In this document: one piece after another, positions 1 through 8,728 of the stretch
Layout of the letters: each line of letters begins with the position of its first letter
Numbering within the stretch: the first letter of the stretch is position 1
Assembly: GCA_017531765.1 (NCBI GenBank)
Contig: JAFXKJ010000075.1
Location: 1-59,144, forward strand
Reading direction: 5' to 3'
DNA from: Clostridia bacterium
Lineage (GTDB): Bacteria; Bacillota; Clostridia; Oscillospirales; CAG-272
DNA: 59,144 nt
The notes under the pieces: generated by a model
Told to the model about the DNA's origin: nothing
The model's input: only the letters and a program-made list of their open reading frames with translations
The model's database searches: none
Position numbers and translations under genes: made by a program

Positions 1-355
1 GCATCTTGAAGATGTAGACGTTTCCATCACGGGTAACTCTACTAACCCCACACGTTTCCAGCATCCCGTTACAGGCACATACAAGAAGGAATGTCTCGAA
101 AAGGGTAAGAAGTACTTCTCCGTTGCTTCCGGTGGCGGTACAGGCAGAACACTTCACCCCGATAACATGGCTGCAGGTCCTGCTTCCTACGGTATGACAG
201 ACACAATGGGTAGAATGCACGGCGACGCTCAGTTCGCAGGCTCTTCTTCCGTTCCTGCTCACGTAGAAATGATGGGGCTCATCGGCGCAGGTAACAACCC
301 CATGGTTGGTATGACAGTTGCTGTTGCAGTTGCTATCGAAGAGGCAAGCAAGTAA
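1..355 (+). CDS. GGGtGRT family protein, C-terminal fragment (5' end lies outside the window)
   Basis: Frame 2 is open from the window edge to TAA at 353-355. The translation reads ...KKYFSVASGGGTGRTLHPDNMAAGPASYG..., which is the eponymous GGGtGRT signature. No start codon lies in the window. Confidence 0.75.
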   Translation, partial: HLEDVDVSITGNSTNPTRFQHPVTGTYKKECLEKGKKYFSVASGGGTGRTLHPDNMAAGPASYGMTDTMGRMHGDAQFAGSSSVPAHVEMMGLIGAGNNPMVGMTVAVAVAIEEASK

Positions 356-414
356 CTATTTGTGTGTATCTCAACACTTTTTTAATGCTGTAAAATTATA
401 TTAAAAATCAATTA

Positions 415-458
415 GACCCGTCATCTCAGTTTTAATCTAAATGATGGGTCTTTTGTTT
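415..458 (+). terminator. Rho-independent terminator after the GGGtGRT gene
   Basis: GACCCGTCAT (415-424) pairs with ATGATGGGTC (441-450) with one G-T wobble, followed by TTTTGTTT. Confidence 0.65.
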
Positions 459-593
459 ATATCTTGCATAATTGAATTTTTCCATATACACAAATTTGTC
501 AAAAACAGGATAGATATAAACTTTGGAATCAAAGTAAATATTTAAATGTTCTTAATTTAACAACAAAAATTATAAATTAATTGGGAGTAAAGT

Positions 594-2051
594 ATGAAAC
601 GAATTGTACGATTTCTCGGTATCATTGTAGTACTTTTAATTTGTATAATCTCTTTGGTAAATTGTAAATCAAACGAAAATAACGAACATTCTGAAGCAAA
701 GGTCACCACAAAAACAGCAAATAATTCTTCAAATACTCCGGAAGTTCCGTCGAAAGACTCCGATAAAACAGAATCTCACGAATGGATAGAGGAGTATCGG
801 GACGGTTATGCTTGTAAAGGAGAAGAAATAATTTATTTTTGTAAAATTTGTGGCGAAACAAAAAGAGTTATTTGTGAACCTACGGCAGAGCATCTTCCTT
901 CAGAAAAATTTGCTTTTGTCAACGGTTTTCATTACAAAAAATGTTCTGTTTGTAAGGAACAATTAGAAGGGGTTGATATTACCGAAAAAATCAAAATTTC
1001 AAAATATTCCTATGTTTCAGGTGATGGAGAATCCCATTATGCACTATATGATCAACATGGTTGTAAGATATATGTTTTATCTAATAGTGAAAAAATGTGT
1101 GTTGTAGGTGACTACTATTTCATGTCCACAGAAAATAGTATCTACTACCTAAAGGATACTTTAGGAAATGTGATTTTTACAAGTGAAAGCCTAGGCGTAT
1201 CAGGATTTGGAATGAGTGAGAATTTTGAAAGTTTTACAGAATTCTTAAATGACGGTTATGTTTTGGTTTATAACTGTTTAGAAAGTTATAACGGTGTTAC
1301 TTATGAAATAGGTGTTGTTGACGTTGACGGTGACTGGATAGTACCAATATCAGCAGATAATCCAATAATTAATTGCGGTTTCGATTGTTCCATAACAAAT
1401 TTGACTTGTAAAGATGCCCTTATTCCGGAATTATCCTATGCCGGAGATGGTTGTATACGTATCAAAATTGCGAAATCCGATTATCCTTATGAATATTGTT
1501 TCTATAACATTAATACAGATAAAATACTTTATTTTAAACCCGAAACGAATATTTGGACAAATACCGTTGAATATATGATGACTATAGCTGAATTCAGCAA
1601 TGGTGTTAGTTATGGTATGAACGGTGCTTATATGTACGAATTCCGCACCGATGGTTCATCTAGAATTTTCAGAGTAATTCCCAAAGACTATCCATATTAT
1701 GAAAGAGTTGATTTTTATGTTGACGAAAACGGAACTGTATGTGTATTGACTACTGCCGGAATTGTTGACAGTAGCGGAAAAATCATTGCCGATTTTGAAG
1801 AGATGAATATTAACTTAATAACTGGAAAGTATGCAAAAGACCATAATTGCTTACTAATAATGAAAAATGACCAAGGGACTATTTATTATGCTTTGATGGA
1901 TTCTAACGGAAATTTTATATTTAATCCAATAATAACAGATGTGTATTCTATAGCATATAATGGTATATCTGTTAAGACAAGTTCATCCAATAAGATTAGC
2001 ATATCTATTGACTCAAGTGGAAAAGAAATACACAGAACTGACATGGGTTAA
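594..2051 (+). CDS. Secreted or lipoprotein-like hypothetical protein with a Cys-rich N-terminal module and WG-like repeats
   Basis: ATG 594 sits 6 nt after GGGAG (583-587). The N-terminus is a signal-type peptide, MKRIVRFLGIIVVLLICIISLVNC. A Cys-rich stretch follows (CKGEEIIYFCKICGETKRVICEP...CSVCKEQ). Then come recurring D-x-x-G-x-[IV]-[IV] units (DTLGNVIF, VDVDGDWIV, VDSSGKIIA, MDSNGNFIF, IDSSGKEI) that resemble WG/KWG repeats. Confidence 0.6.
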   Translation: MKRIVRFLGIIVVLLICIISLVNCKSNENNEHSEAKVTTKTANNSSNTPEVPSKDSDKTESHEWIEEYRDGYACKGEEIIYFCKICGETKRVICEPTAEHLPSEKFAFVNGFHYKKCSVCKEQLEGVDITEKIKISKYSYVSGDGESHYALYDQHGCKIYVLSNSEKMCVVGDYYFMSTENSIYYLKDTLGNVIFTSESLGVSGFGMSENFESFTEFLNDGYVLVYNCLESYNGVTYEIGVVDVDGDWIVPISADNPIINCGFDCSITNLTCKDALIPELSYAGDGCIRIKIAKSDYPYEYCFYNINTDKILYFKPETNIWTNTVEYMMTIAEFSNGVSYGMNGAYMYEFRTDGSSRIFRVIPKDYPYYERVDFYVDENGTVCVLTTAGIVDSSGKIIADFEEMNINLITGKYAKDHNCLLIMKNDQGTIYYALMDSNGNFIFNPIITDVYSIAYNGISVKTSSSNKISISIDSSGKEIHRTDMG

Positions 2052-2183
2052 GTTATTAACTCCGTTGTTATTATTATGACAGTTACTGTTTGAGACAAAG
2101 TTAGTAACGATGCTGTTTTTACCATACTAATGAAGTAATACAATTGAAATGTACTAAATCGCCTACAAAGAAGATTTATCAAA

Positions 2184-2227
2184 TGCCGGACATATCATTG
2201 TTATTTTTTGATGTGTCCGGCATTTTC
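2184..2227 (+). terminator. Rho-independent terminator
   Basis: TGCCGGACA (2184-2192) pairs with TGTCCGGCA (2214-2222), followed by TTTT. Confidence 0.7.
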
Positions 2228-2393
2228 AACTCCATAAACATTTGTGGTAATGTTAACTTGAATTATTAATTATAACAAGAACCATTTAGATCATTTAAGC
2301 ACAATCTGATGAAAATTGGATTTGTTTTTAACCAAATTATGTTTCGATTATATGAATCGTTTAATAAAACTATGGAATGTTTACAAATTGATG

Positions 2394-2446
2394 TTGACTT
2401 ATTCCGTTAAATATGGTATTGTATATATATCGATGTTATATATATC
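2394..2446 (+). promoter_or_regulatory. Candidate sigma-A promoter of the MarR gene with a direct-repeat operator candidate
   Basis: TTGACT (2394-2399), a 17-nt spacer, then TATTGT (2417-2422). Directly downstream, TATATATATC occurs twice (2422-2431 and 2437-2446). Confidence 0.4.
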
Positions 2447-2495
2447 ACCTGCGTATTACTATCATTGTATTATCAAAATATATACCGAAAGGGCA

Positions 2496-3002
2496 ATGAC
2501 CATGAATCTTAACGTAAACGCGCATTTCAAAAATGATACGCATGACGAACCTGTTCTTATTCCTTCGGCAAACCCGATGTCAGTTATAGGTGAAATATCC
2601 CGTATGATGAATTGCAGAATTGTCGTTGGCGAAGAAAAAAATTCATTGCTGCAAAAGTCATCACGACTTTTGATGATTGAACTTGCCAAACGCGACGGTA
2701 TCACACAGCTTGATCTCGTTCGTTCAACCCATCTGAAAGCGCCAACTATAAGTGTAACTTTACAAAAGCTCGAAAAAGACGGTTTTATCACAAGAAGGAC
2801 TGATAACTACGACCTTCGTGCCATGAGAGTATACCTGACTGACAAGGGTAAGGACTATAACAGGCATATTGTAAGAAAGGTAAGAACAGAAGAAGAAAGC
2901 GTACTTTCTTGCCTAACTGATGCCGAAAACAAACAGCTTATGAAACTACTCCTAAAAATCAAAGAAAACATGGTTGAAGTTTGTGAAAAAAACAAGTATT
3001 AA
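2496..3002 (+). CDS. MarR family transcriptional regulator
   Basis: The winged-HTH core reads LMIELAKRDGITQLDLVRSTHLKAPTISVTLQKLEKDGFITRRTDNYDLRAMRVYLTDKG. I place the start at ATG 2496 (MTMNLNV), preceded by GAAAGGG. The track ORF start at 2316 adds an A/T-rich, low-complexity extension that covers the promoter. Confidence 0.8.
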   Translation: MTMNLNVNAHFKNDTHDEPVLIPSANPMSVIGEISRMMNCRIVVGEEKNSLLQKSSRLLMIELAKRDGITQLDLVRSTHLKAPTISVTLQKLEKDGFITRRTDNYDLRAMRVYLTDKGKDYNRHIVRKVRTEEESVLSCLTDAENKQLMKLLLKIKENMVEVCEKNKY

Positions 3003-3098
3003 AAATTGCATTTCCTCTTGAAATTTTTCTCTTATTGTTTTACAATATTGTTGTATAAATTTATCTAAGGAAGGCGCGGTATTTTTATACCGTGAGTG

Positions 3099-4001
3099 AT
3101 GAAGATGACATTATTTATTCTTGCCGGCGGCATGGGTTCACGTTACGGCGGTCTTAAGCAGATCGATCCTTTTACCGATAATGGTGAATTCATAATTGAT
3201 TTTTCCATCTACGATGCTATCAAGGCCGGTTTTGACAGAGTAGTATTTCTCATTAAGGAAGAAAACTATGAAATTTTCAGAGAAACCGTTGGAAAGCGTA
3301 TCGAAGGCAAAATAAAAGTCGAATACGCGTTCCAGGGTCTTGATTCCCTCGTTGATCCCGAGGATATTCCCGCTGAACGTGTAAAGCCTTGGGGTACTAC
3401 ACACGCTCTCCTTTGCGGCGAGTCTGTACTCGACGATCCTTTTGCTGTTATAAATGCAGATGACTTCTACGGCAGAGATGCTTTCATGAAGGTTGCAGAA
3501 TTCCTCAACAACGTTAAGTCTGACAATGAGTACTGCATGATCGGCTACAGAGTTGAAAATACTCTCACTGACAACGGTAGTGTTGCACGCGGAATTTGCC
3601 AGACCAAGAACGGTAAACTTGATTCCATTGTTGAAAGAACAAAGATTTTCAAAACAGAGAAGTGTGCTCAGTATTTTGAAGATGACGGTACTCCCGTTGA
3701 TGTCGAACCGGGAACTGTTGTTTCCATGAACTTCTGGGGCTTTATTCCTTCTGTTTTCAAGGGACTCAAGGAAGATTTTGCACTCTTTATCAAGGACAAA
3801 GAAAGAGATCAGCTTAAGGGCGAAGCGCTTCTTCCCAACTCTATCGGTAAGATGATCAAGGCAGACGTTTGTGACGTAACTGTTCTTGAGACAACCGCAA
3901 AGTGGTTTGGTGTAACCTACGCTGAGGATAAGCCCGCTACTATCGCTCGTATAAAAGAGCTTATTGCGTGCGGCGAATATCCCGACGGTCTTTGGAAATA
4001 A
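3099..4001 (+). CDS. Sugar-phosphate nucleotidyltransferase (NTP_transferase fold, UDP-sugar pyrophosphorylase-like)
   Basis: N-terminal nucleotide loop LAGGMGSRYGGLKQ, plus VINADDFYG. The start is ambiguous (GTG 3096, ATG 3099 or ATG 3105). The gene lies directly upstream of galE. Confidence 0.7.
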   Translation: MKMTLFILAGGMGSRYGGLKQIDPFTDNGEFIIDFSIYDAIKAGFDRVVFLIKEENYEIFRETVGKRIEGKIKVEYAFQGLDSLVDPEDIPAERVKPWGTTHALLCGESVLDDPFAVINADDFYGRDAFMKVAEFLNNVKSDNEYCMIGYRVENTLTDNGSVARGICQTKNGKLDSIVERTKIFKTEKCAQYFEDDGTPVDVEPGTVVSMNFWGFIPSVFKGLKEDFALFIKDKERDQLKGEALLPNSIGKMIKADVCDVTVLETTAKWFGVTYAEDKPATIARIKELIACGEYPDGLWK

Positions 4002-4049
4002 TTCAGAATTTGTTAACGATGCCGCTTTTGCGGCGGATTGGAGATTATC

Positions 4050-5066
4050 ATGGCAATTCTTGTTACCGGTGGAGCCGGTTACATCGGGTCCCATACAGTT
4101 GTAGAGCTTCAGGAAGCGGGTTATGAAGTAGTTGTTCTTGATAACCTTTCAAACTCTAGCGAGAAGAGTCTCGAAAGAGTTGAAGCTATTACCGGAAAGA
4201 AAGTTAAGTTTTACAAAGCAGATATCCTCGACAGAGAAGCTCTTGAAGATATTTTTGCCAAGGAAGATATAGATTCTTGTATCCATTTTGCAGGTCTTAA
4301 AGCTGTTGGTGAATCCGTAGCTAAGCCGTGGGAGTATTATAATAATAATATTACCGGTACGCTTGTACTCGTTGATGTAATGAGACAGCACGGAGTTAAG
4401 AACATTATTTTCTCTTCTTCTGCTACTGTTTACGGAAGTCCTGCATTTGTTCCGATCACAGAAGAATGTCCTAAGGGTCAGTGTACTAACCCCTACGGAT
4501 GGACAAAGTCTATGCTCGAGCAGATACTCACAGACCTTCATGTTGCCGATCCCGAGTGGAACATCGTTCTCCTCAGATACTTTAACCCCATCGGTGCGCA
4601 TAAGAGCGGTACCATCGGTGAGAATCCCAACGGTATTCCCAACAATCTTATGCCTTATATCACTCAGGTTGCTGTGGGTAAACGTCCTGAACTCGGAGTA
4701 TTCGGCAATGATTACGATACACATGACGGCACGGGTGTCCGCGACTATATCCATGTCGTAGACCTTGCCAAGGGACACGTTAAGGCGCTTTCTAAAATTG
4801 AGGAAAAGGCCGGTCTTAAGCTTTATAACCTCGGTACGGGAAAGGGTTACAGCGTTCTTGATATTGTTAATAACTTTGAAGCCGCAACCGGTGTAAAGGT
4901 TCCTTATTCGATCAAGGCCAGACGTCCGGGCGACATTGCAACTTGTTATTCCGATGCTTCTAAGGCAAAGGAAGAACTTGGTTGGGTGGCTGAAAACGGT
5001 ATTCGTGAAATGTGCGAAGACTCTTGGAGATGGCAGAAGAATAATCCCAACGGTTATGATGACTAA
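4050..5066 (+). CDS. galE: UDP-glucose 4-epimerase
   Basis: [15 protein letters not shown] Rossmann motif and the YxxxK catalytic motif (PYGWTKSM). GGAG at 4040-4043 precedes ATG 4050. The track start at 4038 is a TTG. Confidence 0.9.
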   Translation: MAILVTGGAGYIGSHTVVELQEAGYEVVVLDNLSNSSEKSLERVEAITGKKVKFYKADILDREALEDIFAKEDIDSCIHFAGLKAVGESVAKPWEYYNNNITGTLVLVDVMRQHGVKNIIFSSSATVYGSPAFVPITEECPKGQCTNPYGWTKSMLEQILTDLHVADPEWNIVLLRYFNPIGAHKSGTIGENPNGIPNNLMPYITQVAVGKRPELGVFGNDYDTHDGTGVRDYIHVVDLAKGHVKALSKIEEKAGLKLYNLGTGKGYSVLDIVNNFEAATGVKVPYSIKARRPGDIATCYSDASKAKEELGWVAENGIREMCEDSWRWQKNNPNGYDD

Positions 5067-5075
5067 ATAATTTTT

Positions 5076-5112
5076 AATCTCCGATAGTTTGTTCGCTGTC
5101 GGAGATTTTTTC
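5076..5112 (+). terminator. Rho-independent terminator between galE and galM
   Basis: AATCTCCGA (5076-5084) pairs with TCGGAGATT (5099-5107), running into TTTTTT. Confidence 0.65.
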
Positions 5113-5143
5113 TTAAACTCAAATAAAAGGAACGGTCATAATT

Positions 5144-6220
5144 ATGATTACAAAACGTTTTTTCGATTACCATCCTTGCGGTATTCCGCTTTATTCATAC
5201 GAGCTGAAGGGAAGTGGTATTGTTTCTGCAGTTATTCTCGATTACGGAGCAACGCTGAATTCAATTTTTATTAAAGATAAAAACGGTGTAATGCGTGACA
5301 TTATCGGTGGATTTGACAAAGTTCTTGATTATATTGATTCAGGTGAATATCAAGGTGCAACTGTAGGAAGAGTTTGCAACAGACTTAAAAATGCTGAATA
5401 TGAAATTGACGGCGTTAAATACTCAACCTTCAAAAATGAAGGTAACAATGTATGTCACGCGGGAAGATTCGGTTTCAATGCAAAAATTTGGAGCGTTGAA
5501 GAATTCGATGATGAAAACGAACCTTCGCTTAAGTTCACATACATCAGTCCTGACGGAGAGGAAGGTTTCCCGGGAAATCTGAAAGTAAGTGTAACTTATA
5601 CCCTTACAATACTTAATGGTGTTAAGATTCAGTATGAAGCGGAAACTGATAAAAAGACGATCGTTAATTTAACAAATCATGCTTATTTTAACATGAACGG
5701 ATATGACAACGGAAGCATGGAGAATCATCTCATAAGAATGAATTCCGATAAATTTAACGAAACCGACGTTGAGCTTATACCCACGGGAAGCTTTACAGAT
5801 GTAACGGATACGCCATTTGATATGCGTAAGCCTAAGCTGATCTGTGACGTGTTGTTTGGTGACCACGACAAGATTCGAGAGCTCGGCGGGCTTGACACAA
5901 ACTTCATCATGAATGATTACGACGGTACGGTAAAGCATCAGGCAGACTTCTACAGTCCGTTAACAGGTATCGGAATGAAGGTATATACGGATCAAACATC
6001 GATTCTTGTGTATACCTCAAACAGAATAAAGGATACTGAGCCAAATATGAAAAATGGTGTAAAACAGATCTCTCATTTTGGTGCATGCTTTGAGACTTCT
6101 TCGATGCCTGATGCTATCAATCATCCGAATTTTGATAACACTTTATTAAATCCGGGTGAAAAGTACAACAAGACCACAATTTATGAGTTTTCTAACGATA
6201 ATGAAATAATTAGTCTCTAA
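5144..6220 (+). CDS. galM: Aldose 1-epimerase (galactose mutarotase family)
   Basis: Mutarotase-type sequence: ATVGRVCNRLKNAEYEIDGVKY, NHAYFNMNG, GACFETSSMPDAINHPNF. The gene neighbours galE. Confidence 0.8.
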   Translation: MITKRFFDYHPCGIPLYSYELKGSGIVSAVILDYGATLNSIFIKDKNGVMRDIIGGFDKVLDYIDSGEYQGATVGRVCNRLKNAEYEIDGVKYSTFKNEGNNVCHAGRFGFNAKIWSVEEFDDENEPSLKFTYISPDGEEGFPGNLKVSVTYTLTILNGVKIQYEAETDKKTIVNLTNHAYFNMNGYDNGSMENHLIRMNSDKFNETDVELIPTGSFTDVTDTPFDMRKPKLICDVLFGDHDKIRELGGLDTNFIMNDYDGTVKHQADFYSPLTGIGMKVYTDQTSILVYTSNRIKDTEPNMKNGVKQISHFGACFETSSMPDAINHPNFDNTLLNPGEKYNKTTIYEFSNDNEIISL

Positions 6221-6237
6221 AAGTTCATATAAGACTT

Positions 6238-6277
6238 CCCTTAATTATACAAAATTTGCATTTTGTATAATTAAGGG
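6238..6277. terminator. Bidirectional terminator between convergent galM and spoIIID
   Basis: A perfect 18-bp stem: CCCTTAATTATACAAAAT (6238-6255) pairs with ATTTTGTATAATTAAGGG (6260-6277), with loop TTGC. TTTCTTTTT lies on the plus side. Confidence 0.8.
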
Positions 6278-6284
6278 TTTCTTT

Positions 6285-6563
6285 TTAACTGCCGGTGCGT
6301 TTATTTAACATCTTCTTTATGTATTTATTCTTAGTAGCTTCTCCCCCACGGATGTGTCTTTCTGATTTATTTTTGTCAAGCAGATCTCTTACCGAGTCAA
6401 ACAGCATAATGTTTCGTTGTCTTAATCTTTCGGTAACATCTTTGTGGACTGTTGATTTACTTATACCGAATTTTGTTGCAGCATCTCTGACTGTACTTTG
6501 TGTCTTTATCATATAATCGGCAAGCATTTCACATCTTGTTTCATATCTGCCGCTTTTATTCAT
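6285..6563 (-). CDS. spoIIID: Sporulation transcriptional regulator SpoIIID
   Basis: The 92-aa product reads ...TVRDAATKFGISKSTVHKDVTERL...KSERHIRGGEATKNKY, which is the characteristic SpoIIID HTH and C-terminal basic region. Confidence 0.9.
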   Translation of the reverse strand: MNKSGRYETRCEMLADYMIKTQSTVRDAATKFGISKSTVHKDVTERLRQRNIMLFDSVRDLLDKNKSERHIRGGEATKNKYIKKMLNKRTGS

Positions 6564-6773
6564 ACATACCCTCTCTGTTTCTTAGATTCTGATTGAATAT
6601 ATGAAGTCCGGAGTCCTATTATTCAATTTATGATTGGTTTTAATTATTATTTTAATAAAAATTACCATTCATATAATTTTTACATGAGATAATACTAATG
6701 TCGAAGAACAAAGAAGTTCTTCCAAAATCAAAACACAATTGTCTTTTATTAGGCAAGAAAGAAAGGTATTATC

Positions 6774-6974
6774 ATGGCTAACAACAATAAGATCGTTGTT
6801 CCCGAGGCAAAGGCTGCAATGGAACAGTTCAAGATGCAGGCTGCAAACGAAGTAGGCGTTCCCCTCAAGCAGGGTTATAACGGTGAACTCACATCAAAAC
6901 AGGCAGGCTCTATCGGTGGTCAGATGGTTAAGAAGATGATCGAGAGCTACGAGAATAATCTCTCTGCGAAATAA
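6774..6974 (+). CDS. Alpha/beta-type small acid-soluble spore protein
   Basis: The 66-aa product MANNNKIVVPEAKAAMEQFKMQAANEVGVPLKQGYNGELTSKQAGSIGGQMVKKMIE matches both conserved alpha/beta SASP blocks. AAAGG sits upstream of the ATG. Confidence 0.9.
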   Translation: MANNNKIVVPEAKAAMEQFKMQAANEVGVPLKQGYNGELTSKQAGSIGGQMVKKMIESYENNLSAK

Positions 6975-6990
6975 GTAAACCGTCATAAAA

Positions 6991-7027
6991 ATATAAGGGC
7001 TTTGAAATCGAGCCCTTATATTTTTAT
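6991..7027. terminator. Bidirectional terminator (SASP gene / EamA transporter gene)
   Basis: ATATAAGGGCT (6991-7001) pairs with AGCCCTTATAT (7011-7021). It is flanked by A-run and T-run sequences. Confidence 0.75.
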
Positions 7028-7042
7028 TTTATTTGGTTTTAG

Positions 7043-7924
7043 TTAATTGAACCATTTTTCAGGTAATTGAGCAAGAACGATTGCTAAAAAAATCAAAACA
7101 CAACCTATATATCCTCGTAAACCGAGATTTTCACCAAGCAGGATCGCTCCTGCAAGTGCTGCAAACACAGATTCCATTGACAAAGCAAGTGATGCCGGTA
7201 CGGGAGACGCAAATTTTTGACCTACAATTTGCAAAGTATACCCTATCGCTACAGAACAAAGTCCTCCATACAGAAGCGGAACCCATGCGGCTTTAACTGC
7301 ACTGAGAGAAATACTGTCAAACATAAGCATACAAGCGGTACTCATAATTGCTACTGTAATAAATTGAGTTACTGAAAATGTTACGGCATGGATTTTATCA
7401 ACAAATTTATCAACAACCAAAATATGCATTGCCCAAAGAACAGCTGACAACAATACAAGAATATCCCCCAACTCAAGTGCACTGCTTTCTTTGATTGTCA
7501 GTAGATACATACCCGCAACAGCAAGGCCTACTCCTATCCAGACATTAACAGTCGGATAATTTTTTAATAACAAACAGATTATCGGAACGATAAGAATATA
7601 AAGGCAGGTGATAAATCCGGCTTTGCCTGGACTTTTTGATAGCTGAATTCCATATTGCTGAAGTATAATAGCAACAAACATAACACTTCCGCCGAGGAAG
7701 CCTGTAAATATAGAGCGTTTTATTTTCTTGTAATTACGTTTTCTGATCTCAAGAAAATACGCTATCGGAAGCAGAGGGATTATTCCTATGGCATAGCGTA
7801 TAGCTGTATATGAGAATGCACTTAAATGCTCAGCTCCGACAGTTTGGGCTGTAAAAGCGATACCCCAAACAAACGCTGCGGTCAACAGTATCGGGATGCC
7901 TTTGAGATTTGATTTATTGTTCAT
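7043..7924 (-). CDS. DMT superfamily (EamA-like) transporter
   Basis: 293 aa, hydrophobic helices throughout, with two EamA-like halves. Confidence 0.75.
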   Translation of the reverse strand: MNNKSNLKGIPILLTAAFVWGIAFTAQTVGAEHLSAFSYTAIRYAIGIIPLLPIAYFLEIRKRNYKKIKRSIFTGFLGGSVMFVAIILQQYGIQLSKSPGKAGFITCLYILIVPIICLLLKNYPTVNVWIGVGLAVAGMYLLTIKESSALELGDILVLLSAVLWAMHILVVDKFVDKIHAVTFSVTQFITVAIMSTACMLMFDSISLSAVKAAWVPLLYGGLCSVAIGYTLQIVGQKFASPVPASLALSMESVFAALAGAILLGENLGLRGYIGCVLIFLAIVLAQLPEKWFN

Positions 7925-7944
7925 ATGTTTTACTCCTTGAAAAG

Positions 7945-8487
7945 TTATATAGTAACTTCACTTCTTTCGATTTTTGCTTGGTGTATACAGTCAGAGATGA
8001 ATAAGCTTTTATAATCCGAATATGATAAGACATCATTTGGAAACAGTTCAATCGCTTTGAGTTTGATATTTTCATATTCTTTTGCTTTGTCAGCATGAGA
8101 ATTCATATAATCTCTGAATAAGATATGCTTATTCCACTGTTCTTTGCCGTGAACTACAACTTGGATATTTGCAAGTCTATTCCCTTTTTCATCGTCTTTT
8201 GAAAACAAAAGTATATTTTCAAAAGGTTGTCCCAAAGATTTGTAAATCCCAATGGTTAACAATAAGTTACAAATAATATCTGATTCTGAAAAATTATTAA
8301 CTCCAATGGCAATATCAATTATAGGTTTGGCTTTTATATTTTTAATTGATGTACTCCCTATATGTTGAATATCAACTGCATAATCGCCGAGAATATGCTT
8401 CAATTGATGAATTATTGAAGATGCATAAATTTCCCATTCAGTGTTGTGATCACATATCATTAATTCACCTTTTTTCAAGCCGATCAT
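7945..8487 (-). CDS. GrpB (UPF0157) family protein
   Basis: The nucleotidyltransferase-like core reads IQHIGSTSIKNIKAKPIIDIAIGV, and the C-terminal segment reads HILFRDYMNSHADKAKEYENIKL. The start is uncertain: ATG 8487 after AGAAAGGA, ATG 8460 after AAGGTG, or the track start at 8520. Confidence 0.7.
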   Translation of the reverse strand: MIGLKKGELMICDHNTEWEIYASSIIHQLKHILGDYAVDIQHIGSTSIKNIKAKPIIDIAIGVNNFSESDIICNLLLTIGIYKSLGQPFENILLFSKDDEKGNRLANIQVVVHGKEQWNKHILFRDYMNSHADKAKEYENIKLKAIELFPNDVLSYSDYKSLFISDCIHQAKIERSEVTI

Positions 8488-8667
8488 TATTTGAAATCCT
8501 TTCTGAATCCAAAAAATCATAAACCTACGCTTACGTTATTATTTAGAAAATTCATGCGTTAAACATTATAGCACTAAAATTGAATCTTTTCAACAAAAAA
8601 TCAATAATATAATTAGTAATTATGAAATTATTTTACGCTTTTCTTGCACTTTTTTGCGCTTGTGACA

Positions 8668-8696
8668 TTGACTCAAATTACGATATATGATATAAT
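8668..8696 (+). promoter_or_regulatory. Near-consensus sigma-A promoter of the aconitase-icd operon
   Basis: TTGACT (8668-8673), a 17-nt spacer, then TATAAT (8691-8696), about 33 nt upstream of the start codon. Confidence 0.6.
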
Positions 8697-8728
8697 AGAC
8701 TATATATTTTTCAAGGATGGTTAATAAT

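Noticed and set aside
2316-2495. 60-codon N-terminal extension of the MarR ORF in the track.
   Set aside because: The extension is A/T-rich (Tyr/Ile/Lys/Leu) and covers the predicted promoter and repeat operator. The internal ATG 2496 gives a normal-length MarR.
3138-4094. 318-aa ORF on the minus strand.
   Set aside because: It is entirely antisense to the well-supported nucleotidyltransferase gene. The product has no recognisable motifs and no RBS. It is a typical shadow ORF.
4149-4778. 209-aa minus-strand ORF and 104-aa plus-strand ORF inside galE.
   Set aside because: These are alternative-frame or antisense shadows of galE, whose identity is unambiguous.
6640-6773. Attempt to call a sigma-G promoter for the SASP gene and a sigma-E promoter for spoIIID in the divergent intergenic region.
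   Set aside because: I found only weak partial matches (for example AATACTA at 6691-6697 without a convincing -35). The evidence is not good enough to report as features.
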